A stretch of DNA of 64,000 nt from Coniocarpon cinnabarinum (GCA_051942205.1 JAVECO010000072.1:1-64000), one strand, 5' to 3'; shown: positions 21,633 to 33,543, numbered from the stretch's first letter. Notes: generated by a model from the sequence alone, not told the origin. Made by a program: numbers and translations.

Positions 21633-23007
21633 ATGGCTCCCGCTGTTGACCAATATGACATTGCCATTGTTGGATGCGGTATTGGTGGTGTATGTCTGGC
21701 TGTAGGTCTACTGAAGAGTGGATTCAAGGTCACCATCTATGAGTCTATTTCTGCCATCTCACAAGCCACTGGAGGTATCACGCTGGCCCCTAATGCTCGA
21801 AGAGCGCTACGACTCATCGGTCCTGATTTGGGGGATGCTGTTGGCCGTGCCATGACCAACAATCTCACGCCGGACGATCAGGACTTGTTCTTCAACTACC
21901 GGGTCGGCTGTGCCAAACCTGGCGGAAAGCACCAGAACGACGATGTCATCTTAGCCCATCGATGTGCAGAGGGTCAGTCGACAGGCGCCCGCTCCGATAT
22001 TCTCACCCAAATGTACACCTTGGTCCCTGATAATATCACACATTTTGGGAAGCGGTTGGTACATATTGAGGACTTGGGCAGTGAGAGGGGCATTCGACTA
22101 GTATTCCGTGACGGCTCAGAGGCTGTGCATGGGACGGTGATTGGATGTGATGGCATTCGAAGTACAGTCCGTAAGCACATTCTTGGCTGGGATCATCCCG
22201 CGTCAAATGCCAGCTACTCCGGCAAGTTCATTCATCGTGGTATTATTCCCATGGAGATCGCCGAGAAAGAATTTGGCAAGGACCGTTGTGCCAACAGCAA
22301 CATTTACCTGGGCCCGGGCGGCCACCTGCTGCATTTTCCAGTGAACCGTGGCATGGGCGTTGTTGGTGAGTCTCCTTGTTGGCGATCAGCTCATGTGATA
22401 TTCTTGCATAGACTAATAAACGCAACACGATGCAGTTGCCGTGTATCACGCCAGCCAAGAATGGACTTATGACCAATGGACCATCACTACAGAAGAGCTC
22501 GCAAACCAAAAGCAACAGGTAGACTTCAATGACAAGTACAAGAACTGGAGCCCTACCGTGCGCAGTTTATACTCGAACATGAAAGCCTCGAATCTTTGGG
22601 CGCTGTTTGACACCTACGATCACCCAGCACCTACTTTCTACAAGGGCAGGTGCGTCATGATTGGTGACGCCGCACATGCATCTACGCCAGCGCTGGGCGC
22701 GGGGTCGGGTATGGCCATGGAAGACGCCTACATCATGGTCGAGTTGTTCAAGTATGCCCGAGAGATTGGCGCCGACGTCGCCACCGCAAACCGGGCATTT
22801 GATCAAGTGCGTCGACCGCGCACTCAGCTCTGTGTGGAAGCCAGCCGAGAAGCTGGGAAGACCTGGGCGCTTCAGCATGGTGGGTGCGGTGACGATCTGG
22901 ACAAGGTTGCTTCGGAAATCCCTGACCGATATAACTGGGTCTGGGACTGGAACGACAAACAAGAGCTGCTCTACGGCAAGCGGTTCATCAGTGCGGACAC
23001 ACTCTAG
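21633..23007 (+). CDS. FAD-dependent monooxygenase (salicylate hydroxylase-like), 434 aa, 2 exons
   Basis: ATG 21633; intron 22366(GTGAGT)-22435(CAG). IAIVGCGIGG Rossmann motif, VIGCDGIRSTVR (DG motif) and MIGDAAHASTPALGAGSGMAMEDA (GD motif). Confidence 0.92.
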
Positions 23008-23305
23008 ATGTCTCCGGAGTGATAAAGGCATAGTTGGCCACCTTGGCCTTCTAGTGGCGGGTAGTCTGCGTTGAGCGACGGGTGCTGTGATCTAATTCGG
23101 CCTCATCTGGCCATTGTTGCACTATCAATCAATTTCACGAAGCTGCTTAGTACGTCACAAGTGATACGAGACGTGTGCTCAAGGTGAGCGGATTTTCATT
23201 CTGAATGACGAATCAATATCAGCTTGAGATGCAACGTGTTTTTTTTTAACTCGATATCGGGCTTATTTTGCCGTCACTGCTTGCGCTCAATCGAGGCCTG
23301 GAAAC

Positions 23306-23325
23306 GTCACGTGCGTCTCACGTGA
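23306..23325. promoter_or_regulatory. Tandem CACGTG E-boxes (bHLH-type sites)
   Basis: GTCACGTG at 23306-23313 and TCACGTGA at 23318-23325; no target gene identified. Confidence 0.3.
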
Positions 23326-24659
23326 TATGACGCCCCGGACAACGCCTCCAGCTCCCTACTCTCACACCTCCAACGTGTGCAGTCTTCTCCAACGTCCCGC
23401 TTCTCAAACTATATGATTGTGCATCTGTTCGCAATCTCTCGAATCACGCTGGAGGTCATCCGAACGTAACATAGCTCAAACGCGTTGTGACTTGAGCCAA
23501 CACGCGCCGTCTGTGCTGGCCCCCTAGAGGCGGCACAATCGCTCGGACTTTGGAGCGATCGCCCATTACGACGTTTCCAGTCGCTGCTTTCGGCAACATA
23601 GAGGTAGCATGCTCTTTTTCAGTTGGCACCAGGCGAGCACTGTTGGCTTTCAAAGGGGTCGATGACCCGGCAGGTCCGAGAAGCTGCTCTGTCATGGGAT
23701 GGTCCGTGGGTCGCCGTCCAGCTCATCATCCTTTGTGATGAGCCCTCGTATCTGACATTTTCAGCCGCTTCGCCTGTCATTCCTGACAGATGGTCTTTTA
23801 AGATGTCATGACGCGCATCTTGTCAGAGTCGGCCCGCTGCGTGCGGATGAGATTCAACGTGCGCCGCAGGAGGATCTGATCTCCACCGATCAATGGACAT
23901 TCCAACATCATCTCGCGGAATGGCTTGTTTCAAGTCAATGAAACGAGCAATCTGACCATATAACGTTGAGTCTCTCGTGACCGTAACCAAACTTAAACTT
24001 TTCATGCGTCTCGATGCGCCCCGATGAGAAACCCTACTGTCGCAGCTTGGCTGTCAAGTTAATGTACGTCATGACCCTAGGATACTTCTCGGCTCTCTAT
24101 TCCCTGTGAATGCAGTTGTGACCGACGCCATGTCACTTGTTACCCTTTCCGAGCCACAGTGCAAGACGATTTGCAGTTTCGAAGGTCTCCAACGAGTTGA
24201 TGCTTCACATTCGTTAGCCTGTCTTGTTGGAAACGTTGCATCGGAAGACTATGGTCATTTCCCTTGACCATGGCACAAGTAAGCTAACACGTGTTAGAGA
24301 TGCCCTCAAGTAGGCAGCTTAGAGGGTCGCGTCGCGCTTTGGGAACGGCGTCAGATGCTTACTCCACGGCTTCGGGAGTCAGGTTTCCTTCGCGTTTTTT
24401 TTGTTTCTGAGTTTATATATTCATTCACTTCCTATGCTCTGCGTAGCTCATATTCACTGGTGCCTATACACTCGTTTCACTCATTCGTTAGTCTTTGCGA
24501 ATTCAGCCCGGTGCTGAGCTCGTTGCCACTCGTTTCACACTCGCACACACGTTGACAGTAACGTTTACTGTCATTCACTCTTTATTGTTAGCGTCCTCAT
24601 TATCTCGTTCCATTCGAATTATCCCTTATTGTACAAGAGCGATCGTATACCATATAACA

Positions 24660-25802
24660 ATGCTTTCCCAAAGTCTTCTTATCACCGCACTGGCGGCTCT
24701 CACAGCGACTGTGGGAGCTCTGCCCGATCCTCGTCACTACCACCATAACCATCTCTCACATGTTGCTCGCCAAGCTGGCCAGCCAACTGCGACTCGCACA
24801 TATCCGTCTGCTTCGGCATCCGGCGGTGGCGACTCGCAGACCGACAGCTCGAACGGTGCTGGTCTCTCTCGTAACTCGACCTCTACGAAGACTTCTTCTG
24901 GCTTTCAGAACGTCGTCTACTGGGGTCAAGGCACAGGCGAGCGAGACCTCGCCGCCTACTGCGATGATTCCGAAGGCATCGATGTCATTGTCCTGGCCTT
25001 CATCTCCTCCTTCGGCACTCAGCCCACACCCAGTGGCAACTTTGGCGGGCAGTGTGCCACCTCTCAAGCCGGATGTCTCGAAGACGCTGTCAAGAAGTGC
25101 AAAGCCGCCGGCAAGAAGATCATCGTCTCCCTCGGAGGTGCCGCGGGCTCGTATGGCTTCGCGGACAAAGATAGCGCTACAAAGACTGCAAAGTCAGTCT
25201 GGGACATGTTCGGCAAACCCTCAGGCAATAGCCAAGCTGCTCGACCACTCGGCCAACAAACCGCCGACGGCTTCGACATTGACGTCGAGTCTAACGACTC
25301 TGCTTCAAACGAAAACTACCAGTACTTCATCAGCGCGCTTCGCGACTCGTTCAAGTCTGACTCTGCAGGCTCCTACGTCATCACAGGCGCGCCACAGTGC
25401 CCCTGGCCCGAGCCAAACATGGGTAAGATGATTGGCGAGGCCAAGTTCGACATGCTGTTCATCCAATTCTACAATAACCCGGCCTGCAGCGCCAACAACG
25501 GCGACACAAGCGGTATTAACTTCAGCGACTGGGCGAAAAACCTCCAAGGTGGTCCCAGTGCAGATGCGAAGCTCTTCTTGGGTTTGCCAGGAAGCCCTAC
25601 CGGCGCGACAGGCACGGATTCGGGGAGCAAGTACTTCGTCCAGCCGAGTGACCTGGTCGGACTCGTTAAACAGTACAAGGACCAGCCGGCCTTTGGTGGT
25701 GTCATGATGTGGGATGCAGCGCAGAGTGACAAGAGTCAAATTGGGGGGTGTAGCTATGCGCAGAATGCGAAGAGCATCTTGACGAAGGGCAAGGCGTGCT
25801 AG
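24660..25802 (+). CDS. Secreted GH18 chitinase (class III, Cts1/hevamine-like), 380 aa
   Basis: Signal peptide MLSQSLLITALAALTATVGA from ATG 24660; NVVYWGQ, KIIVSLGGA, catalytic DGFDIDVE, ITGAPQCP, IQFYNN and FGGVMMWDA. Confidence 0.95.
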   Translation: MLSQSLLITALAALTATVGALPDPRHYHHNHLSHVARQAGQPTATRTYPSASASGGGDSQTDSSNGAGLSRNSTSTKTSSGFQNVVYWGQGTGERDLAAYCDDSEGIDVIVLAFISSFGTQPTPSGNFGGQCATSQAGCLEDAVKKCKAAGKKIIVSLGGAAGSYGFADKDSATKTAKSVWDMFGKPSGNSQAARPLGQQTADGFDIDVESNDSASNENYQYFISALRDSFKSDSAGSYVITGAPQCPWPEPNMGKMIGEAKFDMLFIQFYNNPACSANNGDTSGINFSDWAKNLQGGPSADAKLFLGLPGSPTGATGTDSGSKYFVQPSDLVGLVKQYKDQPAFGGVMMWDAAQSDKSQIGGCSYAQNAKSILTKGKAC

Positions 25803-26614
25803 ATGATGTCCAAGACGTGTTGCTTCGAGGAACGGGACATTGTTGAGGCTCGGTCAAGAGGAGGGCGGTATACATGTCTATGTCATCTTCATTTCTCGGT
25901 ATGTATTCTTATCATCGACCAGCTTTTGCAATGGCAAGTTGTTTTGGCGTTTAAGGAAGAGTTTCCGTTGGGTCTCACCATCCCCTTTCTCATCGCCAAT
26001 GAAGAGCATGCTTGACAGCGCAGCATCATCTGGGAGCAATCGAGCGACTGTATAAGCCATTAACACCTTCTATCGTTGTCATCGAAGCGCGTCGTTTGTT
26101 TAATGCGGTCTTTAACAACATTCTGACTCACCGAAAACATCGATTACATTGCAAGGTGTAAACCAAGGCTAGTTCATCTTCTTGTGATAGCCGATGATTT
26201 CCGATTACGGGTACGCGTTTGCTTTGCACCACGTTGAAATAGGCATTCTACGGCCCCGCAGCCCATGACACGGGCAGAGGCAAAAAATACATCGTCATAT
26301 GAAATCTTGCAATTTCGGATGCTGCTGCCCTCTGTTCGCTAAGTGCTCAAAGACAAAGGTTTTCTGGATATCCCCTCCCACCGGATGCTACCATCGACTT
26401 GGTCACACCTCCACATTGGACACCTCCCAGCCTCACAATTGATCCTTGTCTAAACCAAAACAAATCACACAAATTTGCCGCGACATTGTTCCCCGTTCTG
26501 TTGAAGAACAAACGATTGTCCCTGCAGAGACTGTAGTCCCTGCCACACTTCTCTACTTGAAGTGAGTGAGGCTGTCCCGGAAATTACTTCGGTCAATTCT
26601 CACAACACACAGAA

Positions 26615-26911
26615 ATGCCTTCCAAAGCCAGTGAGGCTTTTCGAAGTCTACCTGGCGTCAAACAGATCTATCAATGGCTTCATAAAACAAGTGAGAAGCA
26701 CGACAACGAGGCAAATGATGACAACCTCAAGCCGGTGCCGGAGCCGGAGCATGAGCTTGAGCCCCGGATGACTTTGCGCGAGATACTCGCTGAAGAACAC
26801 GAAGGGGAAAAGCAAGGTGAAGATTTCGGAGAGGGGAGCAAGGCAGGAGAAGCTGAGAAGACTGGGAGCAAGGAATCGGGACGAGATGTGGTGACGTGGT
26901 GGAATGGATGA
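26615..26911 (+). CDS. Small orphan protein, 98 aa (MPSKAS family, copy 1)
   Basis: ATG-initiated; N-terminal ~30 aa similar to the 29506..29745 ORF; acidic C-terminal half. Confidence 0.6.
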   Translation: MPSKASEAFRSLPGVKQIYQWLHKTSEKHDNEANDDNLKPVPEPEHELEPRMTLREILAEEHEGEKQGEDFGEGSKAGEAEKTGSKESGRDVVTWWNG

Positions 26912-27594
26912 CGAGGCTGCGGATATGCGACTGTGACCGTCCAACCACACTCGCAATGCAGTGTATGCGGTGTCGAAGGGATAATGGCTTTTGATGCACA
27001 GCCGTACTTGTTGTGGTGGAGTAGTGAGCCATCCGCATTATGAACGACTGCTGGGAGCCGTTCTGGCCCTCCCCGCGGAAAATCTACTCCGTTTTCAGCC
27101 CGCGTATTGATAGATGCTTAGGCACTCGCATCGTGCCACCACATCGTGTCCAAAGTAAGAGTTAAGAATGGATGTCATTGGCTCAGCATCGCTCCATGCA
27201 CGACGATTGTCGCCACCAAGACAATTTTGCTAAATCATTGGACGGGAGGTGTCACACTCCCGAGGCTTTGCGTCACATGTTTCTGTTTGCACGGCCTTGT
27301 CTTGCCTCTCGTACACCTTGCAAAACCCCGCCACTCTCCTCTGCATCTTTGGATTTCTACAAACATCAAAATTTTGCACGACGACAAGAAGAGACCAGTC
27401 TTTGCCTCTGATTCAAGTGAATCGATTTCCATTCATCTGATCATACGTAACTACTTGTAAGTCTCCACACAGCCAAATCAGCCATCCGCGTCACTGTCTC
27501 ACCGTCTCAACAAGACGTCAAAACACCTAAATTCCTCTCCACCTCAACCTATTCGACGTTCTGATCTCTGCCCAATCACGCAATTCAAGCAAAA

Positions 27595-27921
27595 ATGCCG
27601 ATCCTCCTCAAGCAGAAGAAAGAGCTCACTCTTGAGCAACAAATCCGCAAAGCCGAACTCAAACGCATCCAGAAAGCCAAAGCACAGGAGACGCCTGAGC
27701 CGACGCGCTACCATTCCTTCGGGTGTTTCGAGGGCGGTGGGCAGAGGTATGATGAGGATTGGAACACGGAAGAGGGACGTGCTAGGCAAGCAGTCGTAGA
27801 GGCAAGGATGGGGATTGGATGCGAGAAGGGGGATGAGAAGGCCAGTGAGGGTGGTGCGAAGGAAGATGGTGGGAAAGATAGCAAGGAGACGGCGAAACAG
27901 GAATCGTCCTCTTCGGCGTGA
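27595..27921 (+). CDS. Small charged hypothetical protein, 108 aa
   Basis: ATG in an A-rich context (AAAAATG); Lys-rich N-terminus and Glu/Gly-rich C-terminus; no family recognised. Confidence 0.5.
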   Translation: MPILLKQKKELTLEQQIRKAELKRIQKAKAQETPEPTRYHSFGCFEGGGQRYDEDWNTEEGRARQAVVEARMGIGCEKGDEKASEGGAKEDGGKDSKETAKQESSSSA

Positions 27922-28227
27922 GCAATTCTTGAGCAGTTGTGCTGCTGCTGATGCCAGATAAGTCATGCATGTAGTGAGGAAATACTTTCCTTGACATTAT
28001 CCTGTCAAGCTATTCAACACTACAGCTTCTTACGTTCACGGCTTGGAATCAAGCCTTGAATCGAGCGATATATGCTGTAGCAGTTCATTGAAAACTTTTA
28101 GAAGATTGATTTTTTGCGTCCATATTTGGCATTAGACTTTGTCAATGTTATAGCATTTTGACAGCTGCTTCGCTTATGATATCGCAGCTAATACACCAAA
28201 AAGCACTGACACAGCATTGTGTGAGCT

Positions 28228-28800
28228 TTACTGAGTCCCACATTGATCCAACTGAGCGTTCCCAGCTTTGTCCCGATCAGATTGGGCCTTTTCCGCTTCT
28301 GCATTCCCGGCTTGCGTCTTCTCAGCCTCAATCTCCTCAGCTGCGGCCCTGTCATGTCTGACCTTCCCAGCTTCAGCCCTCTCAACCCACCGTCTCGCTT
28401 TGATCATCTCCGTTGCAGCGGCTTGCGCCCGCCGCTTAGCCCTCTCGATCGCCAATTGAGCCTGGGTGAATTCGTCGCGAGCCGCCTTGAACTCCTCCAC
28501 GGCCTCGTTGAACGCATGGCTGGCCATCGTGAACTCCATGAAGTGGAGCTGCCTTTCCGAGATTTCTTCGTCGAACGTCTCACTCCACTTTGCCATCTTT
28601 TGCTCGTCGAAGTTGCCGAGCTCGAACATCTCCATGTAGGAGCCCCAGCGGTCTTCGTTTGGATTGTTGTCGGTAGGCACAGTAGGATGTGCATTGGGAT
28701 CATTTGTCATCCAGGACGGTCTCATGGGCTGAGTCTTGGGAAGTTCGCCGTGGAAGCCGGCTAGGTTGGATTGAGCGTCATTCTTCAAGCGGTAAGACAT
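28228..28800 (-). CDS. Hypothetical coiled-coil protein, 190 aa
   Basis: ATG-initiated with coding-like composition; Ala/Glu/Lys-rich helical segment FNEAVEEFKAARDEFTQAQLAIERAKRRAQAA. Confidence 0.65.
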   Translation of the reverse strand: MSYRLKNDAQSNLAGFHGELPKTQPMRPSWMTNDPNAHPTVPTDNNPNEDRWGSYMEMFELGNFDEQKMAKWSETFDEEISERQLHFMEFTMASHAFNEAVEEFKAARDEFTQAQLAIERAKRRAQAAATEMIKARRWVERAEAGKVRHDRAAAEEIEAEKTQAGNAEAEKAQSDRDKAGNAQLDQCGTQ

Positions 28801-29248
28801 TGTGGCTGGGCTAGGATATTTGGAGCGACGCTTTGATGGTATGATGAGTCAGACTCAGAGGATCTGAAGACCGTCAGCTTTACAGTACGCTTATATCAAT
28901 ATCAATTCTACTCTACCAGAGTCTCGAGGTATAAATGTGGACGAATATTTTTTCAGAGGATGGCTTGCTTGCGGTGTAGACTTACTCTAGTAAGAGCTAG
29001 ATCTTGCAGTTCTTGATAAGACGTGGATTTTGAGTGTTTTTGGGGATGGGAAAAATTGCAGCCCATGAACAAGGCCGCAGAGTCAAAATTTCGACGTGAG
29101 AGGCAAACGAGCGGCTCGACACGGACAAATGACGCACTATTTCCGTGACTCTTAGGCTGAGTTTGCAGTGCTGACGCAGGTCATCAGCAAACAGTATCTA
29201 TGGCAACGAACGAGACATCTTGCAATGTATCGTGTGACCTGGACTCAG

Positions 29249-29285
29249 CCTCGATGTTCATCCTCGATGTTCATCCTCGATGTTC
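29249..29285. repeat. 13-bp tandem repeat (CCTCGATGTTCAT) x ~2.8
   Basis: Read directly from the sequence. Confidence 0.85.
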
Positions 29286-29505
29286 GTCAGCGTTCGTGTT
29301 CCACAGATAAAGAGCACTTGTTGCAGACGCAGCGAATATCAGGCTCGCGGCGACGTCGTTCGTGTGTGTATGTTTGCCTGCTTGGACAGGTATCGAAATG
29401 TGCGATTGATCCTTCACTCCCCGGTACAACATCCACAACACAATTCCATGACCGCTCAAGGCACCAGAACCATAAACAATCTGGCCGTGATCACATCCCA
29501 CGAAT

Positions 29506-29745
29506 TTACTTCTTCGCATTGACCCCATCCTCAGGCTTGACTCCATCTCGACTCTTTTGCGGACTCCCAACCTTCCTTCCTTCAAGGATATCGACACTAG
29601 TCTGACAAGCATCCTGCATGGTCTGTGTCGCACGAATGAGGATATCGACATTTCTGTTGTGTTCCTCGATTTTCTTCTCCATCCATTGATCGGCTTGTTT
29701 GATACCCGGGAGCTTCTTGAAAGCGGCACTGGCTTTGGAAGGCAT
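29506..29745 (-). CDS. Small orphan protein, 79 aa (MPSKAS family, copy 2)
   Basis: MPSKASAAFKKLPGIKQADQWMEK vs MPSKASEAFRSLPGVKQIYQWLHK; first 19 coding nt are identical to copy 1. Confidence 0.6.
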   Translation of the reverse strand: MPSKASAAFKKLPGIKQADQWMEKKIEEHNRNVDILIRATQTMQDACQTSVDILEGRKVGSPQKSRDGVKPEDGVNAKK

Positions 29746-31839
29746 TATATTCTGTTTTGAGTTTGTGATCTTGATTTATTTGACAGAGGTTTCAGGTCTG
29801 CACAACAGGTAGTCAAGTGTTTAGGCGACGGTGGAGGCGCAAATGCAGGCAAGGACGTTGTAGGTAGTCCGGCCAGAGACTAGGGAGTGAAGAACGGTGC
29901 TGGCTGGTCTGAATGACAAGCGCATTGTCGATTAGTGATGATACGTCTTGCATTGACAGATGCACTATCAAACGTGTCGCTAGCCGGTCGGAGCAATCGC
30001 CTGAGAAAGGACGTCGTGCACAGTAGCTTTATCCCTGAGAAGCTACCTGAATCAAGCGAGGCAGCAAGCGCAGTGCTGCGTCGCTCGGTGCCGGCCATCT
30101 GCTGCGTTTAGCTGCGACAAGTCGAGCGACCTACTCTAAACAGAGCACGGTCTTTGCATGTACAAACCAAAAGACAAGGTCCAGATACATACAGGAGCTT
30201 GCAATGGAGGCTCGTTCTGAGAGCCGGCACTATGTACTTGCAGGTCAGAATGGGACACTATTGCAGATACGCAAATCGCGGCGTAGCAGACATCATGGGT
30301 TGGTCCTTGTACAGTTCTCAGGATCAGTCTGACCACCTGAGATGTCTAGACTGTTGATAGAGGCTCAAGATGACGCTCCTCTTTTACCTGAAAGTGCGAG
30401 CCATTGATAGGATACTGCTTCGTAACATGTGTCTTCGAAGGGCTCCCAAGACGCGACAATATGAACCCTCGAGTGGAGAATGATGAATGAATATGTGGGC
30501 GGCCCTTAAACCGAGTTGGCAGGTGTCATCTCTGCATCGTCAGGGCGGATGTTGGGTAGGACTCGGCTCTGCACTCCCTGAAAAGAAGCATTCTAAGGAG
30601 GATTGGCTGTTGCTATGTATAAAGGCGTCTCTCGCTGACTCTGGCTCAACAGAAGATTGCGTGCTTCGAGTTTGTGACTCTCGATGTCGATCTTGAGCTC
30701 CCGTGACGGCATGCGCCCGAGCTTGATGTATGTGATGCGCATCTATTCTTTAGGTGCCAGGAGTAATCATCGAGGCGGCAAAACATTGCCACTCGAGAGA
30801 AGAATCTCGTCGTGAAGACGTTGCGTCAAACCACGTACAGTCAACTCCCCTTGCTTCCCCGGTTTTGCAATGCGTATTAGTTAAATGAAGGGTCTTCCAT
30901 CGAGCTTAAGAGATACCATTCGGTAGATCATAAATGTGTCAAAGTGTATTTTGGGGAGATGATTCCGATGTAGACCAGAAACATGCGCGGTGTTAGTCAT
31001 TGTGCACAGACTCGAGAACGCACATTACGTTCTTTGGTGTCCATCGTCGAAGATGATTAGAGATCCCACAGAGGTAACCAAAGATGCTGCAGCGGCTCAT
31101 GGAAGCTAGTTGTGGCTCCAAGTCAAGCCAGTCGCCGCAGGAGTTGCAAATGCCAGATGGCGATGGGTTGATATTCACTGCAAACCGATGATATGACTGA
31201 CTACATTGTCAGAGCCGCAGTGGACGCGACCTATATTCCTTGCATCAAATTATGGCAGGATTGCGTGTTCGCATGCTAATTCTGAACCCATCTTTCCATG
31301 CCATCAAACACTTCCCAAGACTGAGCTTGACCTCACCCTGCCACGAGCTTGATTCTACCGACTGCTTCGGTTGATACAATCGAAGTGATCAACATCAGTG
31401 GCTTCTCGGTGCTAAGTAGAATGCATACTTGAGAGCGCTGGAGGCGCTGAACTCCACTGATAGAGCGTGCAGGAGAGCCGAGAATGAGTCACAAGAGACG
31501 CTAAGAGTAGCGACAGAGGACCTCTATACATAAGCAGGCTCTGTGAGTTGGATATTCATTCGGTACCTATGTCGATACGACCACAGTTCCTTCGTGCCGA
31601 TCCTGGTGAAAGCATGTGCATGTTTCGAAGCTGGGCGTGGGAAGTGAGGCTTGCGACCTTAGGGTCGAGCGTATTAGTAGACTTGCTATCTGGAATGTCC
31701 GAGGTACGTGTCATTGTTAGCAGCTCTATATGAGAGTCTTGCCTTGACATTCTGTGCAATGGCGACTCCGGATTTGCAAATTACGAGCCACACTGTTCCC
31801 GGCGCACCCAGAACTCGATCGTACCAGGTACCCAATCGA

Positions 31840-32328
31840 CTATGATTGACGCTTAGCAGGGCCGACTGCGGGCGTAGCTTGGGCATTGCCAGGGACCTTA
31901 ATCTTATGCTTTTCCATCTCTTCGTCGAGCTGCTTTCGTAGTTCCATCGCTCTATTCCTGTAGCTGTCCCACGTCCTCATATTCTTCTTTATGACTTGCG
32001 CCTTGCTCTCTTGCTCAGTTTCCTTCAACTCCTGTGTTGCATCTACGATATTTTGAAATCCTTCTTCCTTTATTTTGTCAAGAGTTTCACGCAGCCGTTG
32101 GGCCTTAGGACTTTTCGGATGACAACCGAGAAACTCGTGTTTTAGCTTCGTAAGTTGACGCTCGGCTTGATCCAGTTCGCGGCCGAGTTCGGACTTCTCA
32201 GCATCGACAGGAACGTCCTCGCGAGTCTCAGCATCGTCCGGCGCGTTTTCACGAATCTCATCATTATTTGGGATATTCTGGTGTTTGAGTGGGGATTCCT
32301 TACGGATCATACGCCCTAAACGTTTCAT
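31840..32328 (-). CDS. Helical orphan protein, 162 aa (tandem paralog A)
   Basis: Aligns by eye with 33052..33543: GRELDQAERQLTKL / KAQRLRETLDKI / WDSYRNRAMELRKQLDEEM. Confidence 0.7.
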   Translation of the reverse strand: MKRLGRMIRKESPLKHQNIPNNDEIRENAPDDAETREDVPVDAEKSELGRELDQAERQLTKLKHEFLGCHPKSPKAQRLRETLDKIKEEGFQNIVDATQELKETEQESKAQVIKKNMRTWDSYRNRAMELRKQLDEEMEKHKIKVPGNAQATPAVGPAKRQS

Positions 32329-33051
32329 AGCTGAGGAATGCTAGATTTCTCGGAGCAGCGAGACTGTGACGAGTCAAAAGAACTAGTCTGAGCGAATTTT
32401 GCGATAGTGCGACACAGTTAGAAAAATGGAGTTTATGTCTAATGACGGAACTGGATCCCTAATCGGCAGCGCATTAAGTATTGAAAGGAACATTAAATAG
32501 GTCAAGCTTCGTACAGAAAACCGTGTCTGCATAGAACTACGCTTGGTCAGCGATTAGATTAGTCGGGTGCACTACCAACGCGATTGCGCTATATCAGGCC
32601 ACATGCAAGGACACTTGTCAGTTTCAGATATGTCAGGGTCGATGCAGGAGGACACCGCTTGACGTCACGGCGTAGATGAGGTACCCCCGTATGGATGGTG
32701 ATGGAGAGGGAAGTGTATGTGGCAGGATTCAGCGGGTCGCGCAAATAGCTGTTTTCGTTTTGGGCAGGGATCACGGAACAGGGTACCGGGCCGAGACCAC
32801 GGATCCATATCGTGTCGCGCCATCCAGCGCCACTCATGACCTAAACATTGGGGCCACGAGTCCGATGGCCAAGCAGCAATTCGGGCAAATGTACGAGGCC
32901 GCGGTTTCGCAGCTGCGCTTGACTTTGGAGCTAACAGCGGAGGTGCAGTCTCCTATATGGCGCTATCTTCGAAGGTGGCGATGTTATATCGAAGCAATGC
33001 GAACTAATGTCTTCGCACCTGCGTTCCTTGAGCGGCGTTGTTTCCTAGTCA

Positions 33052-33543
33052 CTACGCACCCAGTCGTCCTCGAGACGCAGTCGGAGACGGGGGACGCCCA
33101 GCTGCGTCAGGCTCACCCAGGTCTTGGGTGCCACTAGGAATGGGAACGCCTTCATACCTCATCTTCTCCTCGAGTTGATGTCGCAGGTCTGAAGACTTCC
33201 TCCTGTACTGGTCCCACATTCCCGATTCTCTCTTCGTCTCACATCTCTCCCTCTCTTTCGAAGACCTTTTGCGCTCTTCTGCTGCGTCGTCACTGACATC
33301 TTGAGAGCCTTTTAGCGCATTGTGTTCGATCCTGACCAGTGTGGCAAGTAGCTGCTGGGCCCGGAGTTTGTCCCGAGGGGATTCCAGAGATATCCACATA
33401 AGACTTTGAAGCTGGTGGTCTGCTTCCCATAACTCATCGCCACATTTCCAAAGAGAGCGTTGATGCGCATCTTCGGTACAGACCTCGAAGTTCTTGCGGC
33501 CAACTAATGGCATCTTAGAGAAGGTACGCCGGAGAAAGTTCAT
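33052..33543 (-). CDS. Helical orphan protein, 163 aa (tandem paralog B)
   Basis: ATG 33543 (MNFLRRTFSKMPLVG) gives almost the same length as paralog A; GDELWEADHQLQSL / RAQQLLATLVRI / WDQYRRKSSDLRHQLEEKM. Confidence 0.7.
   Translation of the reverse strand: MNFLRRTFSKMPLVGRKNFEVCTEDAHQRSLWKCGDELWEADHQLQSLMWISLESPRDKLRAQQLLATLVRIEHNALKGSQDVSDDAAEERKRSSKERERCETKRESGMWDQYRRKSSDLRHQLEEKMRYEGVPIPSGTQDLGEPDAAGRPPSPTASRGRLGA

Noticed and set aside
24495..24659. Upstream extension of the chitinase ORF (similarly 21567-21632, 33544-33861 and 3584-3658)
   Set aside because: Downstream ATGs give the expected signal peptide, domain start or paralog-matched length, and these extensions begin at non-ATG codons.
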